A stretch of 64,000 nt of DNA from Hydractinia symbiolongicarpus (lineage: Eukaryota): the NCBI RefSeq assembly GCF_029227915.1, contig NC_079880.1:19707855-19771854 (forward strand), given 5' to 3'. A program made the translations under genes and the position numbers. Below the pieces are notes generated by a model. That model ran no database searches. It saw only the letters and a program-made list of their open reading frames with translations, and was not told where the DNA came from. Below are positions 1-12,644 of this stretch, piece by piece (position 1 is the stretch's first letter; each line of letters begins with the position of its first letter).

Positions 1-215
1 TAAAATAGAAAGATGAGTTTACTTGACGTCTGAAATAAACTGATCCATGGCTTACTATATGCATTATTTTGCCTGTCAATTTGCATAAGAAGTCTGGGGA
101 ATATAAACAACATTGGATAATATAAAGAATGTAGCACGTCTAGCAAGCACTATAATTTAGGTGCATACTCTGTCTGATGTAATTTTTTGTATGATTTTAA
201 TTTTTTAATTTTCAG

Positions 216-353
216 GTTGCGGAAAACTCTCAATAATGACTCAAATGGTGAATTTAAATTATCTGTCAATGACTTCATAGTCAAAGCTGCAGCGTTGTCA
301 CTGATGAAAGTACCAGAATGCAATTCACAGTGGATGAACGACTATATTAGACA
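216..353 (+). CDS. DLAT: DLAT (pyruvate dehydrogenase E2, dihydrolipoamide acetyltransferase) internal exon. It translates to LRKTLNNDSNGEFKLSVNDFIVKAAALSLMKVPECNSQWMNDYIR(Q), phase 1 in, phase 2 out.
   Basis: Acceptor ttcag|G at 215/216 and donor CA|gtaaaa at 353/354. The translation matches the conserved catalytic-domain region of 2-oxoacid dehydrogenase acyltransferases (human DLAT ...[31 protein letters not shown]). Confidence 0.8.
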
Positions 354-934
354 GTAAAAAAACTTTTTACCATACTTCAAAACCACACCTATCCTTATAT
401 GGAGTCCATTATTTGTTTCTGTCTTCTCAAACTTTCCCATGAACCTTAAGTTGTTGCTGTCCTTTTTATGTCGCTAGTATTGCCATTTATTTCCCCATAC
501 CTTCCTCACACTAATAATAATATTTGAAGCTGTTTCCACCCAGGATGATCTTATTTTTTGGAAATCATTTACCTATTGTAAATTTTGTTTCCTGATATAT
601 AAAAGTGGCAAATTGATTTTATGGATGCTTATTGGTACAATACTTGATATTGCTTTAAGAGTATTACGTTCATATTTGAACCATTTAAGATGTTTTTTTC
701 ACTGATTTTAAAGTTTCAAGTCCATGCTCAATCCCCCCCCCCTACTATCAAGAATAAAAAAAAAACTATACCTCTTAATATATAAATTTTGAAAATTATC
801 TTCTCCTTCTTCTAATCTAGCTTCCTCCCTGCTATTGGAGACACGAAAGCAGAAATAATTTTTTTTGTTAATATCTATCACCTTAAATTTATAAAAGCGT
901 ACACTTATGACTTGTCTTGTTTCATTTTATTTAG

Positions 935-1097
935 ATTTCACAATGTGGATGTAAGTGTCGCAGTCAGTACTGAGGGTGGTTTGATCACACCAATTGTTTT
1001 TGATGCTAACAAGAAGGGGTTGACCACTATAAATGCTGATATAGTGTCCCTAGCTGCAAAAGCAAGAGACAAGACAATTCAACCACATGAATTTGTA
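935..1097 (+). CDS. DLAT: DLAT exon: (Q)[54 protein letters not shown]
   Basis: Acceptor tttag|A at 934/935 completes the Q codon carried over from the previous exon. The donor at 1098 is a perfect gtaagt. The translation is near-identical to the E2 catalytic core ([25 protein letters not shown]...LQPHEF). Confidence 0.85.
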
Positions 1098-1724
1098 GTA
1101 AGTTAACGTTGACTGCTTCCCAAGCTTGATATTTGAAAGGGTACGTTATTAAATATGTCAAAATAGAAGGCTTTAAAAAAAAAGATGGTCGAATTAGTCT
1201 TACCTAGTTGGTTTTTGAGATTATACTGCTAATATAATTTCCACCTACCTATTTTGCCAGTCAACTTTAATAGCGACAACCATAATTTCTTCAACTATTT
1301 GCTCACAGGCGGGTCACTTTGCCCTAGTATTCTTCATCAGGTGAAAACATAGCAAACCAAAATCTACTAATGTCTTTATGATAAAAAATCACTAATGATA
1401 TGAAGAAAATTTTTTTTGCCTTGTCTGTAATGCTGAGAAATCTAGACAGTCGGATCATATAATGCCTAGTTGCAGGGATAAATTAAGGCACAGAATTGAT
1501 GATTGGGGCACGAATTTTAGGATTTAGTTTTTATCTGTTTTGTGTGATAAATCGTTTTCGCTAGGAAATAACATGGAAAGGTTAACATCAGGCCTAATTC
1601 TACCTCTATCGTCAATTACAATGTTCTTGGCACCATAAATCTTACGTGATCACTTATTTGCTAAATTCGTGAATTCTCTTTAGCAATATATCATGTGTGC
1701 AACCCCCTCTTAATTTTTTCACAG

Positions 1725-1799
1725 GGAGGAACATTTACGATATCAAACCTTGGCATGTATGGTATCACTAATTTTTCAGCAGTCATCAATCCTCCACAG
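1725..1799 (+). CDS. DLAT: DLAT exon: [25 protein letters not shown]
   Basis: Acceptor cacag|GG at 1724/1725 and donor CAG|gtaata at 1799/1800. The translation matches the conserved [22 protein letters not shown] motif. Confidence 0.85.
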
Positions 1800-2009
1800 G
1801 TAATAATTTTTCTTTTTTTCTTTCTTTCAACAAGTTACCATATGGTCAGTGTTAGATTTTCTTTTTAAATTCATCAAACTCAGCCTCTCGCGTTTCCATT
1901 TGATGACGTTATTGATGACGTCATTAAAAGGATTGAACTGATGGATTATTTCCATTGTTCTTTTGCGTAAGTGGATTTTTTCCACTGGCCTTATCGACTA
2001 GGAATTATC

Positions 2010-2230
2010 TGGTAATGCAATTGGAGGGATATCTAGAACTAACTAGTAATGCAGTTGAAGAGAGTTAGGGACTATATGGTAGTGCAGTTGAAGGGAGTTA
2101 GGAACTAATTGGTAATGCAGTTGGTGGAAGTTAGGAACTAACTGATAATGTAATTAAAGGGGAATTAGAACTAGGAGATAATGAGGTCAATTGTTAAAAA
2201 TTACCTGTAACACAGCTGAAAAGGAATTAG
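2010..2230. repeat. Tandem repeat of about six to seven copies of a roughly 32-33 bp unit (GGTAATGCAGTTGAAGGGAGTTAGGAACTAACT-like) inside DLAT intron 3
   Basis: Direct reading shows repeated ...taatgcagttg(g/a)agg...ttag(g/a)aactaa... units in head-to-tail order. Confidence 0.8.
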
Positions 2231-2550
2231 AAACTAGCAGATACTGAACTCGAAGAGAATGAGGAGGTAATAGGTGATAGGAACCATCGTCAAATGAAAT
2301 GAAAAAAGGACGTTTTTACCAATACTTGACTACATTGAAATCTAAACTTTTTTTTAAGAAAAACATTAATGGAAAAATCAGTCTTTTTTAGTTTTAAATA
2401 TACGATCATTCAAAGCTTTAAGGGTACTGTAATGGTACAGAAATATTCAATATATTTATTATTTCTTAAAACTTCTGCTTTACAATATTATTGAATTTAA
2501 AAGCAAATTTAATTATCTAAGATATAATTTTTTTCCTGGTAGCCATGAAT

Positions 2551-2600
2551 TTACATATGTTTTGTTTTTTTGTTTGTTTGTTTGTTTTGTTTGTCTTGTT
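2551..2600. repeat. (TTTG)n/(TTTGTC)n microsatellite
   Basis: The sequence reads tttgtttttttgtttgtttgtttgttttgtttgtcttgtttgtcttg. Confidence 0.85.
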
Positions 2601-4224
2601 TGTCTTGCCTGCTAAGTTGTTTGTTGAATTTAATACCTTTGCGAAAGTTGTTTTCACTAGTCCAGATGTCACATATTAGGCAATTTTTTTTGTAAATTTG
2701 CTGACAAGCAGATCGCACTTTTTTCATGTCGACTTTTTGTTGTTGTTGTTTGTTGTAAGTGATTCATTCATCGACGATATTTGTTTCGTGTTTCATGCAT
2801 GGAAGCACAAAAGGAACATTATTATTGAAGGGGAGGTCATTCCAATTGTTTTCGCTAATTATTGGGAGTTGGTAACTAATTTAATTGGGTGATCAATTCT
2901 TTGACGAATAATAGGACACTAATAATTAAATCTGCACTGATATGAGAAACGGAAACAAAAGATATGTCATTTTCTTTTTTATTTCCACTTGAAATCCGAT
3001 CCACCATTATGAATTGCTTCTTAAACGTTTTGACGTCATCATACCGTGTCATTCTCATTTATGAATTTTTGTCGGTTTGACTTTGTGATGAAACAAGATA
3101 CACAAACTTAGAGAAGGCCAGTGCTCGACACTTTATCTATCAGTTCGCCCATTCTCATGTTTTCTTTCATCTGAGGAAATGTTTGGATTGATTTTGTTTT
3201 TTAAGGGAAATACCCTAAAATTTTAATCATACTAGTCTGCGCGGAAATGCGTTCGCCTAAGTTGAGGAAAAAGTGTTTGTGAAGTGGTATGACCTGCATT
3301 GAAAACAGCGGAAAAACGCGCACACATACAATATGAAGTCTTTAACTTTCATGACGTCATTTCAAGTTGTCAGTAGAAGGGTATTTAAAGAATGATAAAT
3401 CGAGGAATGTGTGAGCAAAGAAGAAGTAATTTTATGCGCGGGAAAAGAAACGGTGTGAAAACTAAACAAAGAAAATTAAGAAAATGAGAAAAAATTTCAA
3501 TTTTTTTTCCTCAATATTATTGTCTCAAAATGACGTCGACTGTTCTTTTTCACGAAAAAAAATTCTTTCCTTCGACTTTTTAGATTTTTTTTTGCAAATA
3601 AGGGGCGGCTTTATTTTCAACAACGATTTTTTTAATCTTCGATTGCGCACTGAATTCTTTTTGTGTAGTCTTCGTTTTATTTATTTATTTTTGTATTTAT
3701 TATTCATTTATTTTTCTGTAATATTTCGTGCGGTGATAAGTTATTCATGTGGAAATTGTGATGACGCTTGCTCGTATTTTTAAAACGGTCACTTACTCGA
3801 AATTGAAATATTCAACTCGACATATGCACCAAGATGGCCGTCACACTTAAACTAGTGAGATTTCCTAAAAGTTTTGTAGTTATATACCTTCAGAAATGTT
3901 TTAAAAAATTACACTTTTGATAATTCATAATGTATGTTATGCCTTAAAAAGCACAAAAAATTTTCTTGAAATATCTATAAGAACAATTTTTGAGAAATCG
4001 AGCCTTCGAAAATTCAACTGAATGACACCTATTAGAACAAGACGATGGAAGCGAAAAATTTCTTGTTGCACATGTGAACATCAAGTACTTCTCTGTATAA
4101 AAGAAAGATATATCAATTACAGTTCGTACTTCGTGCTTCTATTTTAAGTGAACTTGAGAAATACAGGGTCGTAGAGACAGTAATAAAGTTGGATATTTTT
4201 GCTACTTTAGAGGGTTGGGTTGTG

Positions 4225-4345
4225 ATGCGGTACAGGGGTTTTTCAAAACTAGTCGGTGGCCCGCAGAAAAATACGCAAGCTTGCCCGTCATTTTTATACT
4301 GCATTGCATGCGTCTCGCTACTTGCGGTACCATTTTGCATAACAG
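4225..4345. repeat. Dispersed short repeat, copy 1 of 2 in this window (shared core GTCTC(G/A)CTACTTG(C/G)GGTACCATTTTG)
   Basis: About 120 bp at 4225-4345 aligns with 14720-14840. Both copies also produce similar spurious ORFs (QNGT.SSETH...) on the - strand. Confidence 0.5.
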
Positions 4346-5973
4346 ACGTATACGGGTATTACAATATAGATGTGATCCTCTGTCTTGTTTTCTGTAACTT
4401 TAAACGAAGCTAGAAATGATCTTAAGCATTCGGAATTCTTCGTACTTTGATTTTTGTTATACAACAGATGAAAACGAGCCTTTCATCTATCACAACATAA
4501 AAGTCGTACTTGTTTCGTAAAAAGATAGTGGTGGGGGTGGGTTAAGGCAAAAAAAGGTAAATGATCTCCCGCCCTTTATTCAGCGTCATCGCCCAAATTG
4601 TCCTCAAGACCTGGAGTTTACCAGAGGAGGTATTCATTAGAATACGTTTTTTCCTTTATCCTGCGAAACAGTGAACAAGCAGACATATTATATCTTATCG
4701 TCGCGTTATACAGTTAGGTTGAATTAAAGAGGCTGGCTATACTTAAGATAACGGAATAATAAAGATAAAATCTTATAAATAAAATGATATGAAAGTAACG
4801 AAAAGCAAAGAAGACCACATGGTATGTCAAGGTTGCGCACTGACCGCGTTTTTGTTCCATCTTGTAATGAGCACGAAATCTAAAACTTATTATTATTTGA
4901 AATGCTGAGCTTCGTAATAAGGGGAACTGAGACTTTTCCCATGTATCTCTTCGCTTTAGAGTGTGTGATATAATTCCATCAATGACGACCTTGCCATGTT
5001 TGCAACTCGAAGCCTACCATCACTTTACCATGCCTTGTCACTTTGTGTGTGTTTTTAACTGGTTCACAGACTACCGTAAGGGAATTAATTTTCGCGAATT
5101 TCGCGAGTTTTTGCCAATGTTGCGGAAATTCGTGAAAATTAATTTTGGCGGAAATTAATTCACTAAAGGGTACACATCTTTTATAGTTGCTTTCGAAGTA
5201 CACTCTTGTCTTTATAAGTAAATCATGCGAATGTACAGTTACGGTCAAATTACGCATAGCCCTGTGTTATTTGGTGCATGCAACCAAACCAACATAAAAC
5301 GTAGTATATTCTAACCGTAGTTAACTAAACCAAGCTAACGAGCAAAATTCGATATTCTTTTTATTTTCCGGTGGTAAAAAATCGCTTAGCTTTAAGGAAT
5401 TTAAAACATTCCACTCCTCGAAACTTTGTAGTATAAGAACATAAACAAACAAACAATTAGTCCGCATCCAGCTTAGTGATATACTTAGTTTATACTTGGT
5501 TTTTGGTCATTTTCACGACACATGATTTCATAGTGAGCTAACCAGGTTACCAAGGTGACTTTCACTTAAGTTGAATTTCACTCAAGCAGCGCTGGGTGGC
5601 AATGGGCAAGATCACGTGATACTGGTGTAAAACATCCGTTGCAGCTTAGCTCTCGTTTTCTCGTGTTAAGTATGCTTGACGCTAATAGCAGCCATTTTTA
5701 TTAAAAAAAATTATATTCTGTTTATAAAGAATAAATAACATTAACCCAAAGATATACGCATTGAAACGGCATACAAGAGAAGTCGTGGGTTAAATTTTAC
5801 CCTAAAAATTGGGGACTAATTATGTAACCAGAATTCAACCCAGCTGTCAGTGGTACACAAATTACTTTTTTCCGTCCAATAAATTGTCTCATTAAATGAT
5901 AAAAAGTAGAAAAATGTCCCCTGAAAACGTGACGAGTTTTGATTATCTACGTGATTTTTTTATTTATTTTTAG

Positions 5974-6038
5974 AGTTGTATACTCGCCGTTGGTGGAACT
6001 GAGGAGCGGGTTGTCCCGGACGCGTCTTCTGAAATCGG
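5974..6038 (+). CDS. DLAT: DLAT exon: SCILAVGGTEERVVPDASSEIG, phase 0 in, 2 nt overhang out
   Basis: Acceptor tttttag|AG at 5973/5974 and donor GG|gtaaga at 6038/6039. The translation aligns to human [21 protein letters not shown]. Confidence 0.75.
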
Positions 6039-7240
6039 GTAAGAACCATGTTGTTTTTAATGCATAAGCCCTGGGTTTCAAGGGAATAAATTTGCCTAAA
6101 ATGAGTTTGTTGACCTTTGCAGCAAGAAACCAGAGTCCAAGGTTCAAGGTAAAAATAGACATATGTTACTGGTGACCTAGGGTTCACGAGCAAGTAAACA
6201 TTTTTGCACAGAATGGTTTCTACGTATGTTGGAGAATTTAGAAAGAAAAAGAATGTTTTATTACACGATTATTTTACTCAACTTTTGATGATAAACTTTT
6301 CGAGTAGATGTTATTCTTTTCTAAGTAGGCCTCCCACGTGGTAGCCGTTCACAAAAAACCTTTCCACGTTGTCCGCCATCTTGATAATTTGTAATTTCAA
6401 TACACGTGGTCTGATTGATAGAGTGAAAGTACGTAACAAGTAAACAGTGCTCTTATGCTCAACAATTTGACTAGGCTTTAACAAGAACCTTAAAAATAGA
6501 AAGAAAACAGAAGTAACCATCCTGAAGTAACCGTGGACTTACTGTTTTACTTGACAAACCTTTTAAATTTTGTGATTGTTTTGCATGTCACCAACGAATG
6601 ATGTATTGCCTATGTAAGGATGTACAATAAATTAACTCTGAAAAGAAACTGTTTGTTGAGAATGTCAGTTAAGGCGGCACTCGAAATAGAACAAAAAAAG
6701 TACAACTTTTTTGACGAGTTAATAAAAACCAGTCGTTGCACGTTTAATCAGTCCCAATTAACAACTGCTGTTTGCGAGAGACACAGACCCAAATTGCATA
6801 ACTCGGGTCTACTCGGTCAATAACATGTGCTTAGCTCGCTGCTTTTGTTGTGGTCAATAATCAATAATTTGTTTGTATTACACTTTGTGTTTTTTTATTA
6901 ATTACAATTCTATTTATATCAGGCTGTTTAATTGATATAAATTGATTTGTGACGTCACGGGCTACACTCATTGATTAAGCAGGCGTGTTATTCTTAATGT
7001 CGGCTTGTAATGACGTAACCTACTTTCTGACGTCGCCATGTTGTGTTGTTTTTTTAAAAAAAGTTTATATTTTTAGGATTCCTTAATAAAATTGATACAA
7101 TCTCGTTTGCATTCTTTCTGGTCTTTTGTCGGTTCGGATTTTCCGGGTTTACGATTTTTTGTTGGAAAATTTTAACTTTTCCTGAACGAAAGAAGCTTAA
7201 CCCTATAGTTTTTATTTATTTGCTTTTCCTTATTTTTCAG

Positions 7241-7370
7241 CTTCAAAACAGCAAAAATGATGAGTGTTACGCTAAGTTGTGACCACCGGGTTGTCGATGG
7301 GGCTGTTGGTGCACAATGGTTGAAGACGTTCAGGTCGTATCTTGAAAAACCAATCACCATGATCCTGTAG
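7241..7370 (+). CDS. DLAT: DLAT terminal coding exon: (G)[42 protein letters not shown], stop TAG at 7368-7370
   Basis: Acceptor tttttcag|C at 7240/7241. The active-site DHRVVDG motif is present. The C-terminus matches human ...[38 protein letters not shown]. An AATAAA lies about 100 bp downstream at 7470-7475. Confidence 0.88.
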
Positions 7371-7469
7371 TGTCTCACAAAGAAACCAGCTCCTTCCATG
7401 ATATTTTAATTATTTGTCGGTTACCGGCAATTTTGTAGCAAGATAGTTTTAGAATTTATCATAGAAAGG

Positions 7470-7475
7470 AATAAA
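7470..7475 (+). promoter_or_regulatory. Candidate polyadenylation signal AATAAA for DLAT
   Basis: First AATAAA after the DLAT stop codon, roughly 100 nt downstream. Confidence 0.4.
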
Positions 7476-10087
7476 TATATTCTGTGTGAAATGTTTTTTT
7501 TCTTTATATTTCTAAGTACACATTTACTTAAATTAAATTTTCGTCTCATGGTTTTTTGAAATTGTTATGCGCGAAAAGCGAATCAATTTCGTGTTTCGCC
7601 GATGGAATATTGGGTTCAAGAATTATTTACACATTTTAACACTCTCGTTAAATGTGCGAAAGAGCTCAAGAAAGACTTGAAAGAGGGATTTTTAAACAGA
7701 ATTCCCTTCTTAAGAATATATCTTCGTGTGAATCTCGACTTCTGCTGTCGGGGAATGTTTTTGAGGTAAGAAAACAAAACGTGGAAGTGTTAAAAAATAC
7801 TTACGCTTATAGACAAAAATGAATCTTAGAAAACAAAGGTTATTACATGGTAATTTTAAACATAACCCTGAGAAGAGATGTGGACAGTTTTGGAAATAAA
7901 ACGCTGCATCAAAGATCAAACTTTTACGAAGAGATATTCACATCAAACATACACGGAGGAAGGCGTTTATAGTTAAATTTGTTTTTTATCCAAGCAAACA
8001 GCTTTTAAAGCTTTTGTTAGCTGATATGTGAGTGGGATAACGTTTTGTTGTGTTGAATATTTTTTTTATATATCATAACATCGTAAACAAACATGGCTGA
8101 CTGTTTATCATTTCCGGACTACTTTATGTTTGCGTAGTTATGAAGAGTTGAGACTCAGTCTGTGAATTGTTGTCGGTAGCCTTTGATGTAATGTTTACGA
8201 TTTAAATATCTGTTCTGCGTTTTATTAGCTTATACTTAGGTGAGTTTATGTTGAAGCATTTTTATGAAATAAGCGCTGCCAGTAAATTTTATTTCAAAAC
8301 ATGGAGGATTTTTTTGAAAGAGATATAAGAAAATGTTCGTGCATAAACTTCATTGTAAAAATCTCGCACTAAAAAACGCAGAACAAGCTTATAGCTTTCA
8401 TATCAAATGTCACCTGGTTTTCATTAGAGTTAAAACTTAAATAAGGAAAGAGAAAAAGATCCTCATCGAAGATGGCCGCTGAATATTTTAGGATCAGGGT
8501 CATTCCTTGTCTGTTACGCAACATTTTTTTTGTTACCTTTTTTAAATCATTTTCTCTAACTCGCATATAAGCACCTCTCGTCTCGGTTTATCGTTCCTCA
8601 AATTTCTCGCGAAACAAGTATGGACTTGACATGTATACCTATGATACAAAAATCGCAAAGAGGATGGTAAGAAAATATGGCCCTTCAGCTTGCCATACAC
8701 TGTCTCTTAGAAAGGTACCTGCGTTCGTATTAATGGGAAAGGGTTCATATAATAATAAGCAAAAACGAGCAAGGAGAGGGTGGCTGAATGACAAATATTT
8801 TGGGTGAATTATCCTCGTCCCCAGGGTTTGTTGCCTGATGTCAAAGCCACTTACTTGACGGCCAACATTTTTGAATCGCGAATTTATTAGGTTCAAATAA
8901 CTAAGTCTTATAAAGGAAAGCTAACTTCACATCCCTAAAAATAGCGGGTATCTATTTGTAAGTAAAAACCCAAGATTTCTTTAAAATTAGGAACTCTAAA
9001 TTAAAAAAACACGTAGCATTTTCGCAATTATTTTGTTGATAAACAAATTCGTATATTTCATCTTGTCCCTAGTAGCCACAATATTCACTAGCGTTTCCTG
9101 TTTACAGACAGCACTTCAAGTACCTTACTTTTTCGTTCCCGCCTTTTTTTCTTTCTACAACATAAATATTGTAGGAAATTGCCTGAAAAAGAGTGGAGTC
9201 TCCGTGCTGTGGGGCTGTGTGAACTAAAACTAAAATCCAGTCTGGAAATACATTGTGGCGTAGAAGAATTCTTGTTGTATTAGAATACAATGCTTTCTAA
9301 CAAGCTGCTAAATTTTTCCCACGAAACATTAGACTTTCTGTTATTCAATCAATATAATGGTTGTCGTAGGTAAATTTTCCCTGTCTGTTCTTTTTATCAG
9401 GTACAATCTCTTGCTAAAAGTTAAAAAAACTTTTCCCCAGCTTGTAATTAATTTTTTTAATGATAAGAATAACCACAGCTAGTTGTTTAATTTTTTTGAA
9501 TTGGTATAATTTTCAGACATTTAAGTTGCACCTTGCTATAAAATTTCTTAAATTCTTTAATTCTATGGAGTATAGATTGTTTTTCTTCCCCGGAGGATTG
9601 TTTTAAATTTGTCTGAGTTTTGACTTTTCTCCGCGTGCATTTGCGGCCACCAGTGTTCTCGTTTTTTCCTTACAAAATGTTTTGCAATAAGAGCTGATGG
9701 AAACCACTCTATTTTAAAGACCGAATCGATTGTTCTGTAAAAAGAATGTAATTAATGACATCATCTTGATGGCACCTGTAAAACGTTTTGATTGGTTTAA
9801 ACAAAAAACTTTTATATTAATGATTATACCGGCATGCTTTGAAGTAGTAGGATCAAACACACCGCGATGAATGCTCAAAATAAAGTCGGCAAGTTGAACA
9901 GAGAACTAAAAAAGCTCCTTTCAAAAGAAAGACGATAACTTTTGTGATTTGAACTTTGCCGCTCAATAATACACAAGCAAGGTTATATCGTGCAGAAGAG
10001 TTCGTACTGAAAGTACAAATGTTACTTATTCTAGGTTAATAACTAGCTATATATATTTATATTTTCATAACAAATTAAGAAATTATT

Positions 10088-10246
10088 ATGCCGCAACTTC
10101 CAACTTCTACCCCTTCTGGCGAAGACGGAGCCGAAGATGAAGTTAAACGTTATGCCAGAGAAGAAGATGAATGTAGTGATTCTTCCAATATTGATGTTGT
10201 TAATGATATCAAAGTTGATTTATTTAAAGAAGATGATCCTGAGTTG
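10088..10246 (+). CDS. TCF: TCF/LEF transcription factor exon 1 (start codon and beta-catenin-binding N-terminus): MPQLPTSTPSGEDGAEDEVKRYAREEDECSDSSNIDVVNDIKVDLFKEDDPEL
   Basis: ATG at 10088 followed by the MPQL signature that begins TCF/LEF proteins, then an acidic stretch. Donor TTG|gttagt at 10246/10247. Confidence 0.7.
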
Positions 10247-11080
10247 GTTAGTTATTTTTAATTATAACTAATAAGAAGTAAAGCTGGACTAAGAAGCTAA
10301 CTATAGCTGGCTAGTAATGTAGCTAGCCACTTCTCTATTCTTTTAAGTTGAAAGTGTATTGTTTTTGTTGATAATTTCAAGACATTTACCCTGGCTGTTA
10401 CTTATAGCGATTTCAAACTTTTGTCCCCATCAGGACCACCTTGAAGCACAGATACACACCTAGCCTTTTACCTACACCCAAAGCGCTTCCAAGCGATAAC
10501 TCCACTCCGCAGTTACAGTTATTCATTGTTTTCACTCTACTCTTAACAGCCTTTCAAAGTTGGTGTGTATACAACAGAATCTAGCTTTAGTGAAAATATA
10601 GTTTTGACCAAGTTAGCGTGAAAAAATTTTGTTGATAAATTTTTTGGCATTTGTAAGAACAAATCACATTTACAAAAGTTAGAAAGGGATCTCGGTAAAG
10701 ATTATTAATATCATGCTAAAATGTTAACTTTGAATTTTATAGGCAAGTGTCAATGTTCATGTTTTGTCCGGAAATGCGAAAAATAGGAAAATTGACAGGC
10801 AAATGCGGACTTCAAAAAATTTTAACTGATATTTTCTAAATCTAAAGTAAATGCAAATTCTTTCATTTCACGATGAGAATATGCCTTTACTTGATATGGA
10901 ATGAAATAAAGTGTAGAATGAACTGGTCTGCAGCTCAAAAAATGCATTATTCTGCCTGTCAATTTAGGTATATAAGGGGTATGGAATATGAGCACATTCA
11001 CAATAAATACCGCAACAGTGAAAAGATAATTAAAAATCATTAATGTTGTAAATATTGAATTGTATTTGATTATACTTCAG

Positions 11081-11153
11081 GGCAAAACAAATGATGATGA
11101 TTTATACCGAGCACATCCAAGTTCAAATAGGTATGGAAAAAGTGAAGGACATG
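11081..11153 (+). CDS. TCF: TCF exon 2: GKTNDDDLYRAHPSSNRYGKSEGH(G)
   Basis: Acceptor cttcag|GGC at 11080/11081 and donor CATG|gtaagg at 11153/11154. The phase is consistent with the flanking exons. Confidence 0.6.
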
Positions 11154-11253
11154 GTAAGGCTAAGTATTTTTTATGTTGATTTTTTGTGTGGTATATAATT
11201 TTGAAAAAACTTATGGATCATTTTGTTTGTTATTGCTATTATATTTTTTAAAG

Positions 11254-11294
11254 GCATGTATGGTAGTCCCGCTGCTGTAATTGTTGGACCTCAT
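11254..11294 (+). CDS. TCF: TCF exon 3: (G)MYGSPAAVIVGPH
   Basis: Acceptor ttttaaag|GC at 11253/11254 and a perfect gtaagt donor at 11295. This is the only phase that keeps the reading frame open into exon 4. Confidence 0.6.
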
Positions 11295-11664
11295 GTAAGT
11301 ATTTTCTTAATAATAGCGTCTATATTTTTTCTGATTGTAATGCAAAACTGGATTGATGTAAAAAGACTATGAAATAGCAAATGCAATATATATATATATA
11401 TAACGATTTAGCTGGGTTGGCCTACAAGTAAATTGGACCTTTATGCCAAGAAAGCAAAAAACAATTTAGTGGATTTTTCCATTATCTAAAAATCTATACT
11501 AATTTGCTAACTATACATCAGTCTGTCTGTGAGACAAAACGGTGGCTATGAGTAGTAACTGCACATTTGCCACGGATTTTTGTGTCACATTGCTGCCGAT
11601 ATTATCTTTTCATAAAGTTATTATAATATTTATGTATAAATATATTATACTGTTATTTCTTTAG

Positions 11665-11810
11665 CGATATTATGACCAACCCCCAATTTATCGTCCTGGA
11701 ACCACAACCCATGGCCCACCCACTCACCCAAATTCCTTTACTTCTGGGACACAAATCCGTATGCCAATGTACCCGCGCGAGGAAAGATCATACTATGAAC
11801 ATGGATCATG
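11665..11810 (+). CDS. TCF: TCF exon 4 (Pro-rich linker): RYYDQPPIYRPGTTTHGPPTHPNSFTSGTQIRMPMYPREERSYYEHGS(W)
   Basis: Acceptor ctttag|CG at 11664/11665 and donor TG|gtatgt at 11810/11811. The Pro/Tyr-rich composition is typical of the TCF central region. Confidence 0.7.
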
Positions 11811-11888
11811 GTATGTAAATCAACTTTTTTAGAGATACTTATCTTATTGTTTTAATCTGAGCCTAATTTGGCAAACATTTTCGTTTAG

Positions 11889-12011
11889 GCCTGCTACTCA
11901 AGTAGGTATGCCTCCACATTATGGTATGTCCTATGGATCTGGAATGGCTCAAAAATATGGTTTTCGTTACCCACCCGGTGTCCCCCCTGGTGTTCCTTAT
12001 TACGGTCCTGG
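11889..12011 (+). CDS. TCF: TCF exon 5: (W)PATQVGMPPHYGMSYGSGMAQKYGFRYPPGVPPGVPYYGP(G)
   Basis: Acceptor tcgtttag|G at 11888/11889 and donor GG|gtaaga at 12011/12012. Confidence 0.7.
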
Positions 12012-12115
12012 GTAAGAAATATACTTTACTACTCAAATATTTGATATCTTTCTTAATTAGATTTTTATTTAGATTTTTATTAGTTTTTATATTTATGAAT
12101 TTTTACTATCTGTAG

Positions 12116-12284
12116 TCATGGTTATCCGGGAATGCCTGGTAGACCTGTAAAAGAACAAAAACGTCCACATGTCAAGAAACCTTTAAATGCGTTTATGTTA
12201 TTCATGAAAGAACAGCGTCCTAAAATAGCTGCAGAGTTTACATTAAAAGAGAGTGCTGCAATAAACCAAATTCTTGGGAAAAGG
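12116..12284 (+). CDS. TCF: TCF exon 6 (first half of HMG box): (G)[56 protein letters not shown]
   Basis: The translation matches the TCF/LEF HMG box ([37 protein letters not shown]). Acceptor ctgtag|T at 12115/12116 and donor AGG|gtatga at 12284/12285. Confidence 0.9.
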
Positions 12285-12401
12285 GTATGATTTTTATCAA
12301 TTTGATATTTACAGGATTGTTAGTGGCCAGGAAAATTGTCATTTTTTATCGTTTCTTAGCTGCACTTTGCAATACAGACATATTTTGTAAAAATATTATA
12401 G

Positions 12402-12555
12402 TGGCATGCTTTGGAGAAATCAGAACAAGCCAAATACTATGAGTTAGCAAGAAAAGAACGCGCCATTCACATGCAGTTATACCCTGGGTGGAGCGCACGG
12501 GACAACTATGCACAAATCGGTCGTAAAAAGAAACGTCCAAGAGATAAAAATGAAG
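12402..12555 (+). CDS. TCF: TCF exon 7 (second half of HMG box plus basic tail): [51 protein letters not shown]
   Basis: The translation matches [44 protein letters not shown]. Acceptor tatag|TGG at 12401/12402 and donor G|gtatgt at 12555/12556. Confidence 0.9.
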
Positions 12556-12644
12556 GTATGTTGCAATTAATCTTTGAGCGTTCCCACAATTTAATAAGAA
12601 TTATTGGAGGTTTTGTTTATTGACTTATTTTAACTTGTTTTTAG

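Noticed and set aside
3484-3783. 99 aa + strand ORF downstream of the CRE/TATA-like block.
   Set aside because: The translation is low-complexity (poly-F/L/I from T-rich DNA) with no domain signal. It is more likely a chance ORF in intronic DNA.
4113-4413. Overlapping ORFs on both strands at 4113-4413 and the similar one at 14580-14828.
   Set aside because: Both map onto copies of the same short dispersed repeat. The shared peptide (QNGT.SSETH) reflects repeat nucleotide identity, not a gene.
6311-6520. Small - strand ORF (MADNVERFFVNGYHVGGLLRKE) near the E-box-like cluster.
   Set aside because: From its true ATG it is only 22 codons long, with no supporting splice or domain evidence.
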